64,000 bases of DNA from a bacterium. GTDB taxonomy: Bacteria > Chloroflexota > Dormibacteria > Aeolococcales > Bog-877. The notes under the pieces were generated by a model. That model had not been told where the DNA came from. It saw only the letters and a program-made list of their open reading frames with translations, and did not search any database. Every line of letters starts with the position of its first letter. Positions within the stretch are counted from its first letter, which is position 1. This document shows positions 19,865-28,952 of this stretch, one piece after another. Where the stretch lies: assembly GCA_021827985.1 (NCBI GenBank), contig JAKATL010000006.1, positions 18,944 to 82,943 on the forward strand, in the 5' to 3' direction. The position numbers and the translations under genes are program-made.

Positions 19865-20764
19865 ATGGCGGAGCCCATCGAGTTTCGCGCCGATCCCGGC
19901 CGCCGGAGGCTGATCAGGAGCGTCTTCGAGCCCTCCCCCCTGGAGGAGGTGGCGGTGGCCGTGGCCATCGCCTCGCTAGAGGACGCGGGCGCCATCTACG
20001 TGGAGCGGACCAAGGGCCGCTACCGCTGGAGCCTGGCCCACCGTGGGGGGCCATACCCGCTGCTGCGGGTCGTGGCCCGATTTCTCCACGTCGACCACCG
20101 GCTGGCGATGGTCGGCTACTGGACGACGCCGGACGGCTGGTGCATCTGGGTCAAGGACCCGGGGGCGCGGGTGGAACCGGACGCCTTCGCGGTCCTGAGG
20201 CCTCCGGTGTACACGGCGGAGAGCGGCGTCCGGTCCGCCATCGAGTCCGCCCTGACGGCCCATGGCAACTCCTGGCCGGTGCCCCGAAAGCCAAACCCCC
20301 GGCCCGACGTCCGGCTCAGCCTCCCGGCGGAGGAGGAGCTGGTGCGTCCGGCCCTCAGCTCGATCCTCGGCTTTCTCCTGCTGGAGTCCGCGGGGAGGCC
20401 CTTTGTGGTGATCAGTGCCGGTCGCGACCCCTCTCAGTACGTCCAGCTGCTGTGCCACGGCGGCACCGTGTACGCCGAGGTCAGCTCCCGGATGTGGGAG
20501 GAGCCCGGGCACCCCCTGGGAGTGAGGGAGGTGCGCCGGCTGCGGCGGCTGGGCTTCGCCGGGGGCGGGCCGAGGCACAACTTTGCTCGGGACGGGTTGC
20601 CCCGCGACCCCCTGTGGCTGGCGCGGCTGGTCCAGTGCCTCTTCCGGGCGGCGTACGGCGTGCGCGACCTGAGAGGGGCGACGGTGCATCCCTCCGGCGA
20701 GCTGGTGCGGGCGGCGCTCCTGGGGCCCGCTCCGCCAAGGGAGTCATCCGCCAAGGACCGATGA
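19865..20764 (+). CDS. hypothetical protein (possibly tandem YbjN-like domains)
   Basis: 299-aa ORF with balanced composition. It is preferred over the overlapping Gly/Arg/Pro-rich alternative frame (19831..20769). No recognisable catalytic motif. Confidence 0.45.
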   Translation: MAEPIEFRADPGRRRLIRSVFEPSPLEEVAVAVAIASLEDAGAIYVERTKGRYRWSLAHRGGPYPLLRVVARFLHVDHRLAMVGYWTTPDGWCIWVKDPGARVEPDAFAVLRPPVYTAESGVRSAIESALTAHGNSWPVPRKPNPRPDVRLSLPAEEELVRPALSSILGFLLLESAGRPFVVISAGRDPSQYVQLLCHGGTVYAEVSSRMWEEPGHPLGVREVRRLRRLGFAGGGPRHNFARDGLPRDPLWLARLVQCLFRAAYGVRDLRGATVHPSGELVRAALLGPAPPRESSAKDR

Positions 20765-20940
20765 GTTGAGCGCCCATCAGCCGTCTTACGGTTCGTGGGA
20801 CATTTCCCGCTCGGGTCGATCTCGCCCTGGGATCCGACGGCGCGGCCGGCAGGGACCGGCGGCCGGGGCATCGATGCCTGGGCTTGATGTAGCCTTGCTC
20901 AGCTCGGTTTCGGGGCCGGTCCGGCCCGTGGAGGAGTGCC

Positions 20941-22038
20941 ATGCCTCAGACCACCTTGTTGATCGGCACCCGCAAGGGGGCGCTGGTGGCCCGCCGTCCG
21001 CGCGCCGGGGCGGCGTGGGAGCTGGGGCCGCTGGAGCTGCCCATGTCCGAGGTCTATGGGACCGGGATCGACGCCAGGGGCGCCACCCCCCGGCTCTTCG
21101 CGGCCGCCGACAGCCCCCACTGGGGTCCCACCCTGTTCCATTCGGACGACATGGGCCGGACCTGGAACGAGCCCGGGGAGGCACCCGTGGCCTTCCCCAA
21201 GGAGACTGGCGCCTCCCTGGTCCGCATCTGGCAGATCCAGGCGGCCGGTGCGTCGGCCCCGGGAGTGGTGTACGCCGGGGTCGAGCCCCACGCCCTTTTC
21301 CGGTCGGAGGATGGGGGAATCACCTTCTCCCTGGTGGAGGGGCTGTACAACCACCCCCACCGGGGTGAGTGGGGCCCGGGCAACGGCGGCGCCTGCCTGC
21401 ACACCGTGGTCCCCCACCCCACCGACCCCGACCGGGTGCTGGTGGCCCTCTCCGCGGGCGGCGTCTACCGGACGGGCGACGGCGGCGCCACCTGGGAGGC
21501 CGCCAACCGGGGGATCCAGTCCTACTGGATGCCGGAGGACCAGCGCTTCCCGGAGTTCGGCCAGTGCGTCCACAAGGTGGCCTCCCACCCCAGCTTCCCC
21601 GAGCGCCTCTTCGCCCAGAACCACTTCGGGGTCTACCGCTCGGACAACTACGGGAGCAGCTGGGAGACGATCGAGAGCGGCCTGCCCTCGACCTTCGGCT
21701 TCCCCATGGTCGTCCATCCCCAGGAGCCGGAGACCATCTACATCTTCCCGCTCAAGGCGGACTCGCACCGCTTCCCGGCCACCGGCCGGTGCGAGGTCTA
21801 TCGCAGCCAGGACGGCGGGAAGAGCTGGACCGCGCTGCGCAGCGGGCTCCCCGAGGGGGAGTACCGGGCGGCGGTCCTTCGCGATGCCATGTGCACGGAC
21901 GGAGGCGATCCCGCGGGGATCTACTTCGGCACCAGGGCCGGCGAGGTGTACGGCAGCCCGGATGCTGGCGACCACTTCGAGAAGATCGCCGAGCACCTCC
22001 CGGACGTCCTCTCGGTGCGCGCCGTGCAGGTCAGCTGA
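20941..22038 (+). CDS. BNR/sialidase-like beta-propeller protein (Ycf48-like)
   Basis: Repeated 'S-x-D-G-G-x-T-W' BNR motifs ('FHSDDMGRTWN', 'RSEDGGITF', 'YRTGDGGATWE', 'YRSDNYGSSWE', 'YRSQDGGKSWT'). Confidence 0.75.
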   Translation: MPQTTLLIGTRKGALVARRPRAGAAWELGPLELPMSEVYGTGIDARGATPRLFAAADSPHWGPTLFHSDDMGRTWNEPGEAPVAFPKETGASLVRIWQIQAAGASAPGVVYAGVEPHALFRSEDGGITFSLVEGLYNHPHRGEWGPGNGGACLHTVVPHPTDPDRVLVALSAGGVYRTGDGGATWEAANRGIQSYWMPEDQRFPEFGQCVHKVASHPSFPERLFAQNHFGVYRSDNYGSSWETIESGLPSTFGFPMVVHPQEPETIYIFPLKADSHRFPATGRCEVYRSQDGGKSWTALRSGLPEGEYRAAVLRDAMCTDGGDPAGIYFGTRAGEVYGSPDAGDHFEKIAEHLPDVLSVRAVQVS

Positions 22039-22045
22039 GGCGGAG

Positions 22046-22321
22046 GTGACCGCCACCCTGGTGCTCCCCGCCGCCCTTAGATCGGCGGCTGGTGGCGCCC
22101 CGGAGCTGGAGATCGTCGAGGGCACGGTGCGTTCGGCTCTGGACAATCTGGCCGCCACCATGCCCCTGCTCGAGCGCCGGGTGCGCGACGAGCAGGGGCA
22201 GGTGCGGCTCCACATCCGCCTCTATCTGGGGAGCTCGGACATCGACGACCTGGAGGGGTTGGACACGGAGGTGGCGGCGGGCACCCGGCTGTACGTGATC
22301 CCGGCGGTGTCGGGAGGCTGA
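22046..22321 (+). CDS. MoaD/ThiS-family ubiquitin-like protein ending in Gly-Gly
   Basis: 92-aa product from a GTG 7 nt after the upstream stop, preceded by a GGAGG ribosome-binding site. The beta-grasp-like sequence ends '...GTRLYVIPAVSGG*'. It was missed in the track because it lies inside a longer spurious ORF. Confidence 0.65.
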   Translation: MTATLVLPAALRSAAGGAPELEIVEGTVRSALDNLAATMPLLERRVRDEQGQVRLHIRLYLGSSDIDDLEGLDTEVAAGTRLYVIPAVSGG

Positions 22322-22463
22322 CGCCCCCCGGCCCCAGATTGGGGCGTCCCCGGCCCGTCGCGGATCGCCGACGGGAGCGCCCGGAAGAGGTGGGTCTCGG
22401 CTGGCGCGGCCGGTCTCCCGGGGGCGGGCCCGCCGACCGCCGGCCCTCACGGCAGGTCCCCGG

Positions 22464-23441
22464 TCAGCTGTCCAGGTGGGCGGGCAGCCCGAAGGCTTCG
22501 AAGATGGACTCGCCCAGGAACACGTGCAGGACCGCCACCTTCCCCTGGGACACCTCCAGGACGTGCAGACCCCAGGGCCGGTGGCCCCCCTCGGGATCGA
22601 CCCGGTACTGACCGAAGGCGAGGCAGCCGTTGGCAGAGGTGGGCAGCATCCGGGAGCCCCGGCACTCCGCCCCCGGGCCCAGCATCCACCTGGCGATGTC
22701 CCCGGAGCCGCGGAGCCAGAGGGCGAAGGGCGGCATCATCTGGATGGCGTCGTCGTGCATGAGCCGGACCAGGGCGTCGATGTCGTAGGCCTCGAAGGCC
22801 AGCAGGTAGCGCTCCGCCAGCTGGCGGTCCGCCGCAGAGACGGGCTTGCCCTCCAGGGCGGGCTGCGCGGCCAGCTTGGCTCGGGCGCGCTGCAGGGCGC
22901 TGTTCACCGCCGGGACCGAGGACTCCAGCAGCTCGGCGATCTCGCGAGAGCTCCAGCCGAGGACGTCGTGGAGGATCAGGACCACCCGCTGCAGCGGGAC
23001 CAGCTGCTGCACGGCGGCGATGAAGGCCAGCCGGATCGTCTCCCGGTAGACCACCATCTCAGCGGGGTCCTCACCGCCGGTGAGCAGGAGGGAGTCGGGC
23101 ACCGGCTGCACCCAGGGGAAGTCGGCCATCATCTCGCCGAGGTAGGAGAGTTCGGGGGGCGAGGAGGGCCCGAGGTCCACCGGACGCGCCCGGCGGGGCT
23201 GGCTCCGCAAGGAGTCCAGGCAGATGTTGGTGGCGATCCGGTAGAGCCAGGAGCGGAGGGAGGACCTTCCCTCGAAGCTGGCCCGCGCCCGCCAGGCCCG
23301 GGCCAGGGTCTCCTGCACGGCGTCCTCGGCGTCGAAGACCGAGCCCAGCATCCGGTAGCAGAGGGCGGTGAGGCCGGGGCGATGGGCCTCCAGCTGCTCC
23401 GCGGTGGGGAGGGCTGGACTCTCCGAGAGCTGGACCTGCAC
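22464..23441 (-). CDS. ECF sigma factor with C-terminal SnoaL-like extension (ECF41/SigJ-like)
   Basis: Sigma-2 region ('LTALCYRMLGSVFDAEDAVQETLARAWRA...SWLYRIATNICLDSLR') and sigma-4 region ('VLILHDVLGWSSREIAELLESSVPAVNSALQRAR'), followed by a ~140-aa C-terminal extension. Confidence 0.85.
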   Translation of the reverse strand: MQVQLSESPALPTAEQLEAHRPGLTALCYRMLGSVFDAEDAVQETLARAWRARASFEGRSSLRSWLYRIATNICLDSLRSQPRRARPVDLGPSSPPELSYLGEMMADFPWVQPVPDSLLLTGGEDPAEMVVYRETIRLAFIAAVQQLVPLQRVVLILHDVLGWSSREIAELLESSVPAVNSALQRARAKLAAQPALEGKPVSAADRQLAERYLLAFEAYDIDALVRLMHDDAIQMMPPFALWLRGSGDIARWMLGPGAECRGSRMLPTSANGCLAFGQYRVDPEGGHRPWGLHVLEVSQGKVAVLHVFLGESIFEAFGLPAHLDS

Positions 23442-23521
23442 GGGCCGATCGTAACCTGTCCGGTCTGGTCCCGGGGAAGCCGTGCCGAAGACGAGGCTCG
23501 GGCTGGTAGGTTGCAGCGAAG

Positions 23522-24091
23522 ATGGCGGTCCCCATTCCCGTGCTGCGCACCCGGCGGCTCACCATGCGTCCCTTTCAGGAGGAGGATCGGGAGCCGTTCG
23601 CCGCCATCAACGCCGACCCGGAGGTGATGCAGCACTTCCTCGCCTCTCTCAGCCGTGAGGAGGGCGGCCGGTTCCTGGACCGCATCAACTCCGGCTTCGC
23701 CGCCCACGGCTTCGGCCTCTGGGCGCCGGTTAGCGCCCCGGAGGGCCAGCTCCTCGGCTTCACCGGGCTCTCGGTCCCGGGGTTCAGGGCCCGCTTCACG
23801 CCCGCCTTGGAGATCGGCTGGCGCCTTCGGCGGAGCGCCTGGGGTAAGGGGCTGGCCACAAAGGCCGCCCGAGCGGCCCTCGACTTCGGGTTCGGATCCG
23901 GGGGACTGGAGGAGGTGGTCTCCTTCACCAGCTCAAGCAACGCCCGCTCACAGGCGGTGATGCGCCGGCTGGGGATGACCCACGAACCACGGGACGACTT
24001 CCAGCACCCCCTGGTGCCGCCGGGCCGCCCCCTGGCCCCCCACGTGCTGTTCCGGATCTCGAGGGCGCGGTGGCTGGAGAGGCGCGGCTGA
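23522..24091 (+). CDS. GNAT family N-acetyltransferase (RimJ/RimL-like)
   Basis: 'LEIGWRLRRSAWGKGLATKAARAALDFGF' acetyl-CoA-binding motif. It is divergent from the ECF sigma gene. Confidence 0.85.
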   Translation: MAVPIPVLRTRRLTMRPFQEEDREPFAAINADPEVMQHFLASLSREEGGRFLDRINSGFAAHGFGLWAPVSAPEGQLLGFTGLSVPGFRARFTPALEIGWRLRRSAWGKGLATKAARAALDFGFGSGGLEEVVSFTSSSNARSQAVMRRLGMTHEPRDDFQHPLVPPGRPLAPHVLFRISRARWLERRG

Positions 24092-24128
24092 CGGAGGCGG
24101 GCCCCGCCCAGGCCCCCATTAGGGGTGC

Positions 24129-24677
24129 CTACCTGAGGCCGGCGGCCTGTGCCTCATAGGCCGGGACCAGGGCCGCCCAGCGCGCCTCACTGTCCGGGCG
24201 CGGCCTCCCGGCCAGGTGGCCGGCGAGGTTCTCCAGGTGGATCTGCCACCCGGCGCCGTAGGCGGCGAGGGGGCCCAGAGGCAGGCCAGACACCTCGACG
24301 GTGATGGCGGTCCCGTCCCCATCGGGCTCCAGTCGGACCTCCAACGACTCGTCGAAGGGCGCCACCCCTCTCCCCCTCCTCCAGGACTCCTCCGACTCCC
24401 TCGACGTCACCGAAAGGCGACTCGGCGGCTCGCACGCCATCACCCGGCCGCTCCCCTCCCAGTCGTCCGCCTGGACGAAGATCCGGAACTCGGCGCCGAG
24501 GCGGAGGTCACCCTCCACTAGGGCATACCACGCGGCCAGGCGGCTGGGATCGGTGATCGCCGACCAGACCTCATCGATCTCGGCTGCGAGGCGCTCCTGG
24601 AGCAGCACCATGCCCCTGCCCTCCGCCAGCGCCAGAACTCCCAGGATCACGGGCCGTTCGGGATCAGTAGATGTCAT
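24129..24677 (-). CDS. SRPBCC (AHSA1/START-like) domain protein
   Basis: ~180-aa product from the internal start 'MTSTDPERP'. 'DEVWSAITDPSRLAAWY' with a mixed beta/alpha pattern suggests the SRPBCC fold. Confidence 0.65.
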   Translation of the reverse strand: MTSTDPERPVILGVLALAEGRGMVLLQERLAAEIDEVWSAITDPSRLAAWYALVEGDLRLGAEFRIFVQADDWEGSGRVMACEPPSRLSVTSRESEESWRRGRGVAPFDESLEVRLEPDGDGTAITVEVSGLPLGPLAAYGAGWQIHLENLAGHLAGRPRPDSEARWAALVPAYEAQAAGLR

Positions 24678-24799
24678 GGGTAGGCTTCCTCCTCGCGGTG
24701 ACGTCCTGACCGCTAAGACGTCGACCGGGAGGGAAATCATCGCCCTGAACCTGGACCCGCGCAAGCTCGGCGCGGCGGCTCGGCCAGGACAGCCCCATC

Positions 24800-24951
24800 C
24801 CCACCTCGCACGTGGCAGCCGGTGCCGCCCTGATCGAGAGAACGCAGGTAGAGGTGTTGGCCCACTGCGGTCACGTCCCCTGGCTGGAGGAGCCGGGGTC
24901 GGTCAGGGCGGCGCTCGACAGGCTCGTGGAGCGGGCCGTCCCCTCCGCCTG
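24800..24951 (+). pseudogene. C-terminal remnant of an alpha/beta-hydrolase gene
   Basis: A short frame reads '...HVAAGAALIERTQVEVLAHCGHVPWLEEPGSVRAALDRLVERAVPSA*'. This is the typical alpha/beta-hydrolase C-terminus with the catalytic His. A stop lies ~55 codons upstream, so most of the gene is missing. Confidence 0.4.
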
Positions 24952-25445
24952 AGGTCGAGCGCCTCCGGGCGTATCCCTCACTGGGCGACCCGGTCGCCAG
25001 CTCCTGAGCTCTCTTCGCTGATCCGGGGAAAGGTCCTACGACGGAGTGGGTGTCTGGTCTTCAAAGAGGAGTCGCCCTGAGCTCGGCCATTGTGTTGCCC
25101 ACGAGTCGGCCCTTAGGCGCGCAGGACCGACACCAGAGCGGGTTGGGCTTGGCGGCCGACCCGCTCCTTGCTGGGGCGGTATAGGCTGGGTGGGCCAAGG
25201 GGACGGCCGGGTGTCCGAGCGACGAGGGGCTGCCCCACGTCCACCCGGGCATGGTGGCTCGCCGGATCCGCTTCTGCTGTTCGGGAGGGCGGGCGTGGAG
25301 TCAAGAGGTGGCCCGCGGGCCCGGCCCCGCGGCCGGGCGGATTGGCCGAGCCGATGAGGCGGTGGTACCGCATCTGTCGCCGGGCCCAAGACATGCCGAC
25401 TGGCGGCTGCTCCGCAGCGTTCCGGACCCGGGGTGGGCCAAGGCG

Positions 25446-26462
25446 GTGAACCTGCTCTCGGTCGCGGCGCTCATCGTGGTCCTGGGGTTCGCCTTCATGC
25501 TCGGCGTCTCAGACGCCCCCAACGCCAGCGCCTCTCTGATCGCGGCACGGGCCTCCTCCTACCGCGGTGCCATGGTCTTCGCATTTGCCTTCCATGTGCT
25601 GGGCGGCTTGCTCGCCGGCCAGGCTGTGGCGCTGACCATGGTCACCCTGGTCCATGTCCCCGCCGACCGTGTGGCCCTCACGTACCTGGCCGGCGGGCTG
25701 GCAACGATCGCGTTCACCCTCGCCGCCACGCGCCGGGGCATCCCGGTCAGCGCCAGCATCGGCTTGGTCGGCGGTCTGGCGGGAGCCGCAGCCGTGATCG
25801 GGGGCTGGCGGGCCGTGGGGTGGGGAGGAATGCACGGAACAAGCCCCTATGGGGTGATCGGGACCCTGGCGGCGGTCCTGCTGTCGCCCATACTGGGAGC
25901 CGTGGTCGCTGCCGCGTTTCGGCGTGGTCTGCAGCCGATTGCCCGGCGCGCTACCCGGAGCTCCATTCACCCGGTGCGCGGCCTGATCTGGCTCACCGCC
26001 GGCCTGGTGGCCATCGCCGACGGCTCCAACGACGGCCAGAAGGCGATGGGGCTGGCCACCGGACTCCTGGTCGCGGCGGGAGCCATCAGCCGCTTCCAGG
26101 TGCCGTTCCTGGTGACGGCCGCAGTCGCGGTCACCCTGGCCACCGGTACGGCGGTTGGCGGACGCAAGATTGTCCGTACCGTGTCCTCAAGGTTCTACCG
26201 GGGCGGCCCACTCGATGGACTGGCCGCGCAGGCGGCGGCAGCTCTCACGATCCTCGGCTCCAGCGTTGTGGGGGCACCGGTGAGCACATCGACGATCGTT
26301 GCTTCCGGCATGGTCGGGGTGGGGGCCGCCAGGAGACGCCGCCACGTGCACTGGCCAACGGTCGTCCGGGTGGTCGGCGCCTGGGTGATCACGGTTCCCG
26401 CCTGTGCGATCTTGGGAGCCGGCCTGGCGGCGATGGGAGCGGCTCTATTGGGACACCCGTGA
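25446..26462 (+). CDS. pit: inorganic phosphate transporter, PiT family
   Basis: 'GVSDAPNASA' and 'GSNDGQKAMG' PiT signature repeats. ~10 transmembrane helices. A GTG at 25446 with an AAGG ribosome-binding site is a more likely start than the ATG at 25251. Confidence 0.85.
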   Translation: MNLLSVAALIVVLGFAFMLGVSDAPNASASLIAARASSYRGAMVFAFAFHVLGGLLAGQAVALTMVTLVHVPADRVALTYLAGGLATIAFTLAATRRGIPVSASIGLVGGLAGAAAVIGGWRAVGWGGMHGTSPYGVIGTLAAVLLSPILGAVVAAAFRRGLQPIARRATRSSIHPVRGLIWLTAGLVAIADGSNDGQKAMGLATGLLVAAGAISRFQVPFLVTAAVAVTLATGTAVGGRKIVRTVSSRFYRGGPLDGLAAQAAAALTILGSSVVGAPVSTSTIVASGMVGVGAARRRRHVHWPTVVRVVGAWVITVPACAILGAGLAAMGAALLGHP

Positions 26463-27091
26463 ACCGTCCCAAGTGGCCCTCTTGGCGGGTGTGGTTCAGC
26501 GGGTCCCGGGCCAACCCCCTGGCGCTGCTGGTCGCTCAGGGAGATCTCACCGAGCAGGGGATGCGGCACTTTGCCAAATGGTCGGCGACCGGGGCACCGG
26601 GAGAATCCGCCGAGGTCCGTCGCTGCCACCTTGAGGGGTATGAGGCAAGACGTTCACTCTTGGCCGCGCTCCAGGAGGCGCTGTCGACGCCACTGGACCA
26701 GGAGGACATCTTCACCCTCTCCGAGCGATTGGATCGGGTGCTGGACGCGGCCAAGGATGCGGTTCGAGAAAGCGAGGTCCTCAGCTGGCACCCGGACGCG
26801 CACGCCCAGGCGATGGGTCAGCTGCTCGCGGAGGGAACCTCAGCCCTGGCGGCCGCTCTCCGCCTCCTCCCCCGCCAGCTCTCCGAGGCCGGGCGCAAGG
26901 CGGACGAGTCCACGGTGGCCGTCCGCCACGTGGAGCATCGCTATCGGGAGGCCATGACCGACCTGCTGCAAACCCCCGACCTGCGCACGGTGCTCGCGGC
27001 CCAGGACGTGTATCGGCGCTACGTCCTGGTGGCGGGTCACGTGGTCGCCGTGGCCGACCGCCTCTGGTACTCGGTCCTGCGCGCCGGGTGA
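26459..27091 (+). CDS. DUF47/PhoU-like Pit accessory protein
   Basis: GTGA start/stop overlap with pit. The all-helical ~210-aa product ('...DQEDIFTLSERLDRVLDAAKDAVRE...VRHVEHRYREAMTDLL...') fits the TIGR00153/DUF47 family. Confidence 0.75.
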   Translation: MNRPKWPSWRVWFSGSRANPLALLVAQGDLTEQGMRHFAKWSATGAPGESAEVRRCHLEGYEARRSLLAALQEALSTPLDQEDIFTLSERLDRVLDAAKDAVRESEVLSWHPDAHAQAMGQLLAEGTSALAAALRLLPRQLSEAGRKADESTVAVRHVEHRYREAMTDLLQTPDLRTVLAAQDVYRRYVLVAGHVVAVADRLWYSVLRAG

Positions 27092-27138
27092 ACTTTTTTA
27101 GTCGCCTGGGTGGCCAACGTCCGGCGGGCTTCGTCACG

Positions 27139-27161
27139 CTGGAATCTGGCTAAGATTCCAG
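27139..27161. repeat. perfect 9-bp inverted repeat (CTGGAATCT-ggcta-AGATTCCAG) in an AT-richer patch after the DUF47 stop
   Basis: Read directly from the sequence. A T6 run lies ~40 nt upstream, just after the stop codon. No U-tract follows the hairpin on either strand. Confidence 0.4.
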
Positions 27162-27422
27162 GCGGTGGGTACCCGCAGCGGGCGGTCGGATGCGGGTCTA
27201 CTCCAGCTTCTCCGGCTGGGCCGGCCATCCCAGCGAGCCACACCTTGCCGGCATCCCCTTGACCAGGATGATCTGCTCAGGACACCAGGCTGAGGGAGGA
27301 CATAGATGACCATCGACGTTTACCGAGCGGTCCGCCAGGTTCCGGCGGTGCCGTCGGCGGCCATGAGAACCTGGACAGTGGCGGTGTAGGCGGCCAGATA
27401 ACTGGACGCTGGCAGCTCTCCC

Positions 27423-28400
27423 GTGGTCCTCGATCCCCTACACTCCAGGCCCCAAGCCTTGGCTCCCTCAGCAGGCGTCCCACCACGTTCCCGACGCGTC
27501 GGAGTGCCATCTTGGCGTCGGAGGCCGCCGGAGGTGGCCCTCAACTGGGTGAGGGACGTGTCCGGCGGCGGTCAGATCCTGGCGGTGCGCCTCCTTCGGA
27601 CCGGTGGCTGGCACGCCAACCATGCGGTCACGGTGCTCGAACCAGCGGGGAGAGAGCGCCAGCTGGTGCTCCGCCGCTGGGCCCGCCCGGGGTGGGATCT
27701 GGAAGACCCCGACTTAACAGCTTCCCGCGAGGCGGCGGTGCTTGGGTTGCTGGAGCGGGCCGGCCTGCCCACCCCGCGGCTCATCGCTTCGGACTCCCTG
27801 GGGGCGCATTGCGACGTGCCCGCGCTGCTCACAACCCGGCTGCCGGGGCACCCCCCCGGACGTGTTAGGGACGTCGACGGCTTTCTCACCCAGCTGGCGC
27901 AGAGCCTGACCCGGATCCACCGGCTCACGGTCGGCTCGCGCGAGGTGCCTGCCTTTCGCACGTACTTCCCCATGAGACAGGCCCCGCTTCCAGGATGGCT
28001 TCAGGGAGACCGAGTGTGGGAGGCTGCCCTGGCGGTGGCGCGAGAGGCCGAGCCAACCTATGCCGCGTTCATCCACCGTGACTACCACCCGGGCAACTCT
28101 CTCTGGCGCTACGGGGCCCTGACCGGCGTTGTGGACTGGACCCAGGCCTCGATGGGGCCGGTGGAGGTCGACGTAGGCAGCATGCGCTGGAACCTGGCCG
28201 CGGACTTCGGGCTGCCGGCAGCCGATCGCTTTCTTGAGGCGTATCGCGCCAGCTCTACCTTCGAGCTGCGTGACCAGTCGATCTGGGATCTGGTCACGGT
28301 CATGGATTTTGTCCTCTCCATGAGTGATCCTTGCCCGGAAGATGAGATGAGTCCGCTCCGGGCCTACGCACGAGCCTGCCTGCGCCAGACTCGCAGCTGA
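27423..28400 (+). CDS. aminoglycoside/choline-kinase-like phosphotransferase (APH family)
   Basis: Brenner motif 'FIHRDYHPGNSLW', 'GVVDWTQASMGPVEVDVG' and an upstream 'LLTTRLPG'. The start is probably an internal GTG near 27535. Confidence 0.75.
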   Translation: MVLDPLHSRPQALAPSAGVPPRSRRVGVPSWRRRPPEVALNWVRDVSGGGQILAVRLLRTGGWHANHAVTVLEPAGRERQLVLRRWARPGWDLEDPDLTASREAAVLGLLERAGLPTPRLIASDSLGAHCDVPALLTTRLPGHPPGRVRDVDGFLTQLAQSLTRIHRLTVGSREVPAFRTYFPMRQAPLPGWLQGDRVWEAALAVAREAEPTYAAFIHRDYHPGNSLWRYGALTGVVDWTQASMGPVEVDVGSMRWNLAADFGLPAADRFLEAYRASSTFELRDQSIWDLVTVMDFVLSMSDPCPEDEMSPLRAYARACLRQTRS

Positions 28401-28441
28401 CCGCGGCCGGATCGCTGGCCGGTAGCTATCGCCGTCTGCCA

Positions 28442-28735
28442 ATGGGGGACCTTGAGGCCACCGGCTCCGGGCTGATGTTGTCGTCCGGCGATCCCGGTTC
28501 TGGTGCGGCCGGCTATGTCGCCATCGAGTCGGTCGAAGGTCGGCTTGCTCATCGATCGGGAGGATTTTGCCTCCAGCAGTTGGGAATGGTGCGAGACGGC
28601 TGGCCAACGCTGCACTACGAGGTCGTGCCCGGCTCCAGTCGGGGCGAACTCCGGGGCATCTCGGGGACCTTCCAGCTCACGGCGGAAGCCGATGGCACTC
28701 ACCGATGCACCCTGGAATACGAGCTTGCCAGGTGA
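28442..28735 (+). CDS. small hypothetical protein (DUF3224-like)
   Basis: 97-aa ORF. 'VPGSSRGELRGISGTFQLTAEADGTHRCTLEYEL' resembles DUF3224 proteins. It may be N-terminally truncated. Confidence 0.35.
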   Translation: MGDLEATGSGLMLSSGDPGSGAAGYVAIESVEGRLAHRSGGFCLQQLGMVRDGWPTLHYEVVPGSSRGELRGISGTFQLTAEADGTHRCTLEYELAR

Positions 28736-28952
28736 GCTTGCATGAGGAATCCGGCCGCTGAGAACCCAACGCTCGGTCGAGGGCGGGCGCGAGGACCCGA
28801 TGCCACGCCGGGAGGTTTAGACTTCGGCTGCTCAACGTAGCTGCAAGTCTCGGCTGCTTCTTCGGACCAGCTCGTATCCGCTTCAGTCAAACGCAGGCCC
28901 CGTCCACCGGGCAGGGCCACAGACCAAGCGGCATGGGCGCAGAATCCCCTGC

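Noticed and set aside
19831-20769. Alternative-frame 312-aa ORF overlapping the 19865..20764 hypothetical gene
   Set aside because: It is extremely Gly/Arg/Pro-rich. The other frame has balanced composition.
20899-22321. 438-aa minus ORF and 421-aa plus alternative-frame ORF over the BNR-propeller gene
   Set aside because: These are frame and antisense shadows. The second one only becomes meaningful in its last 92 codons, which is the MoaD-like gene.
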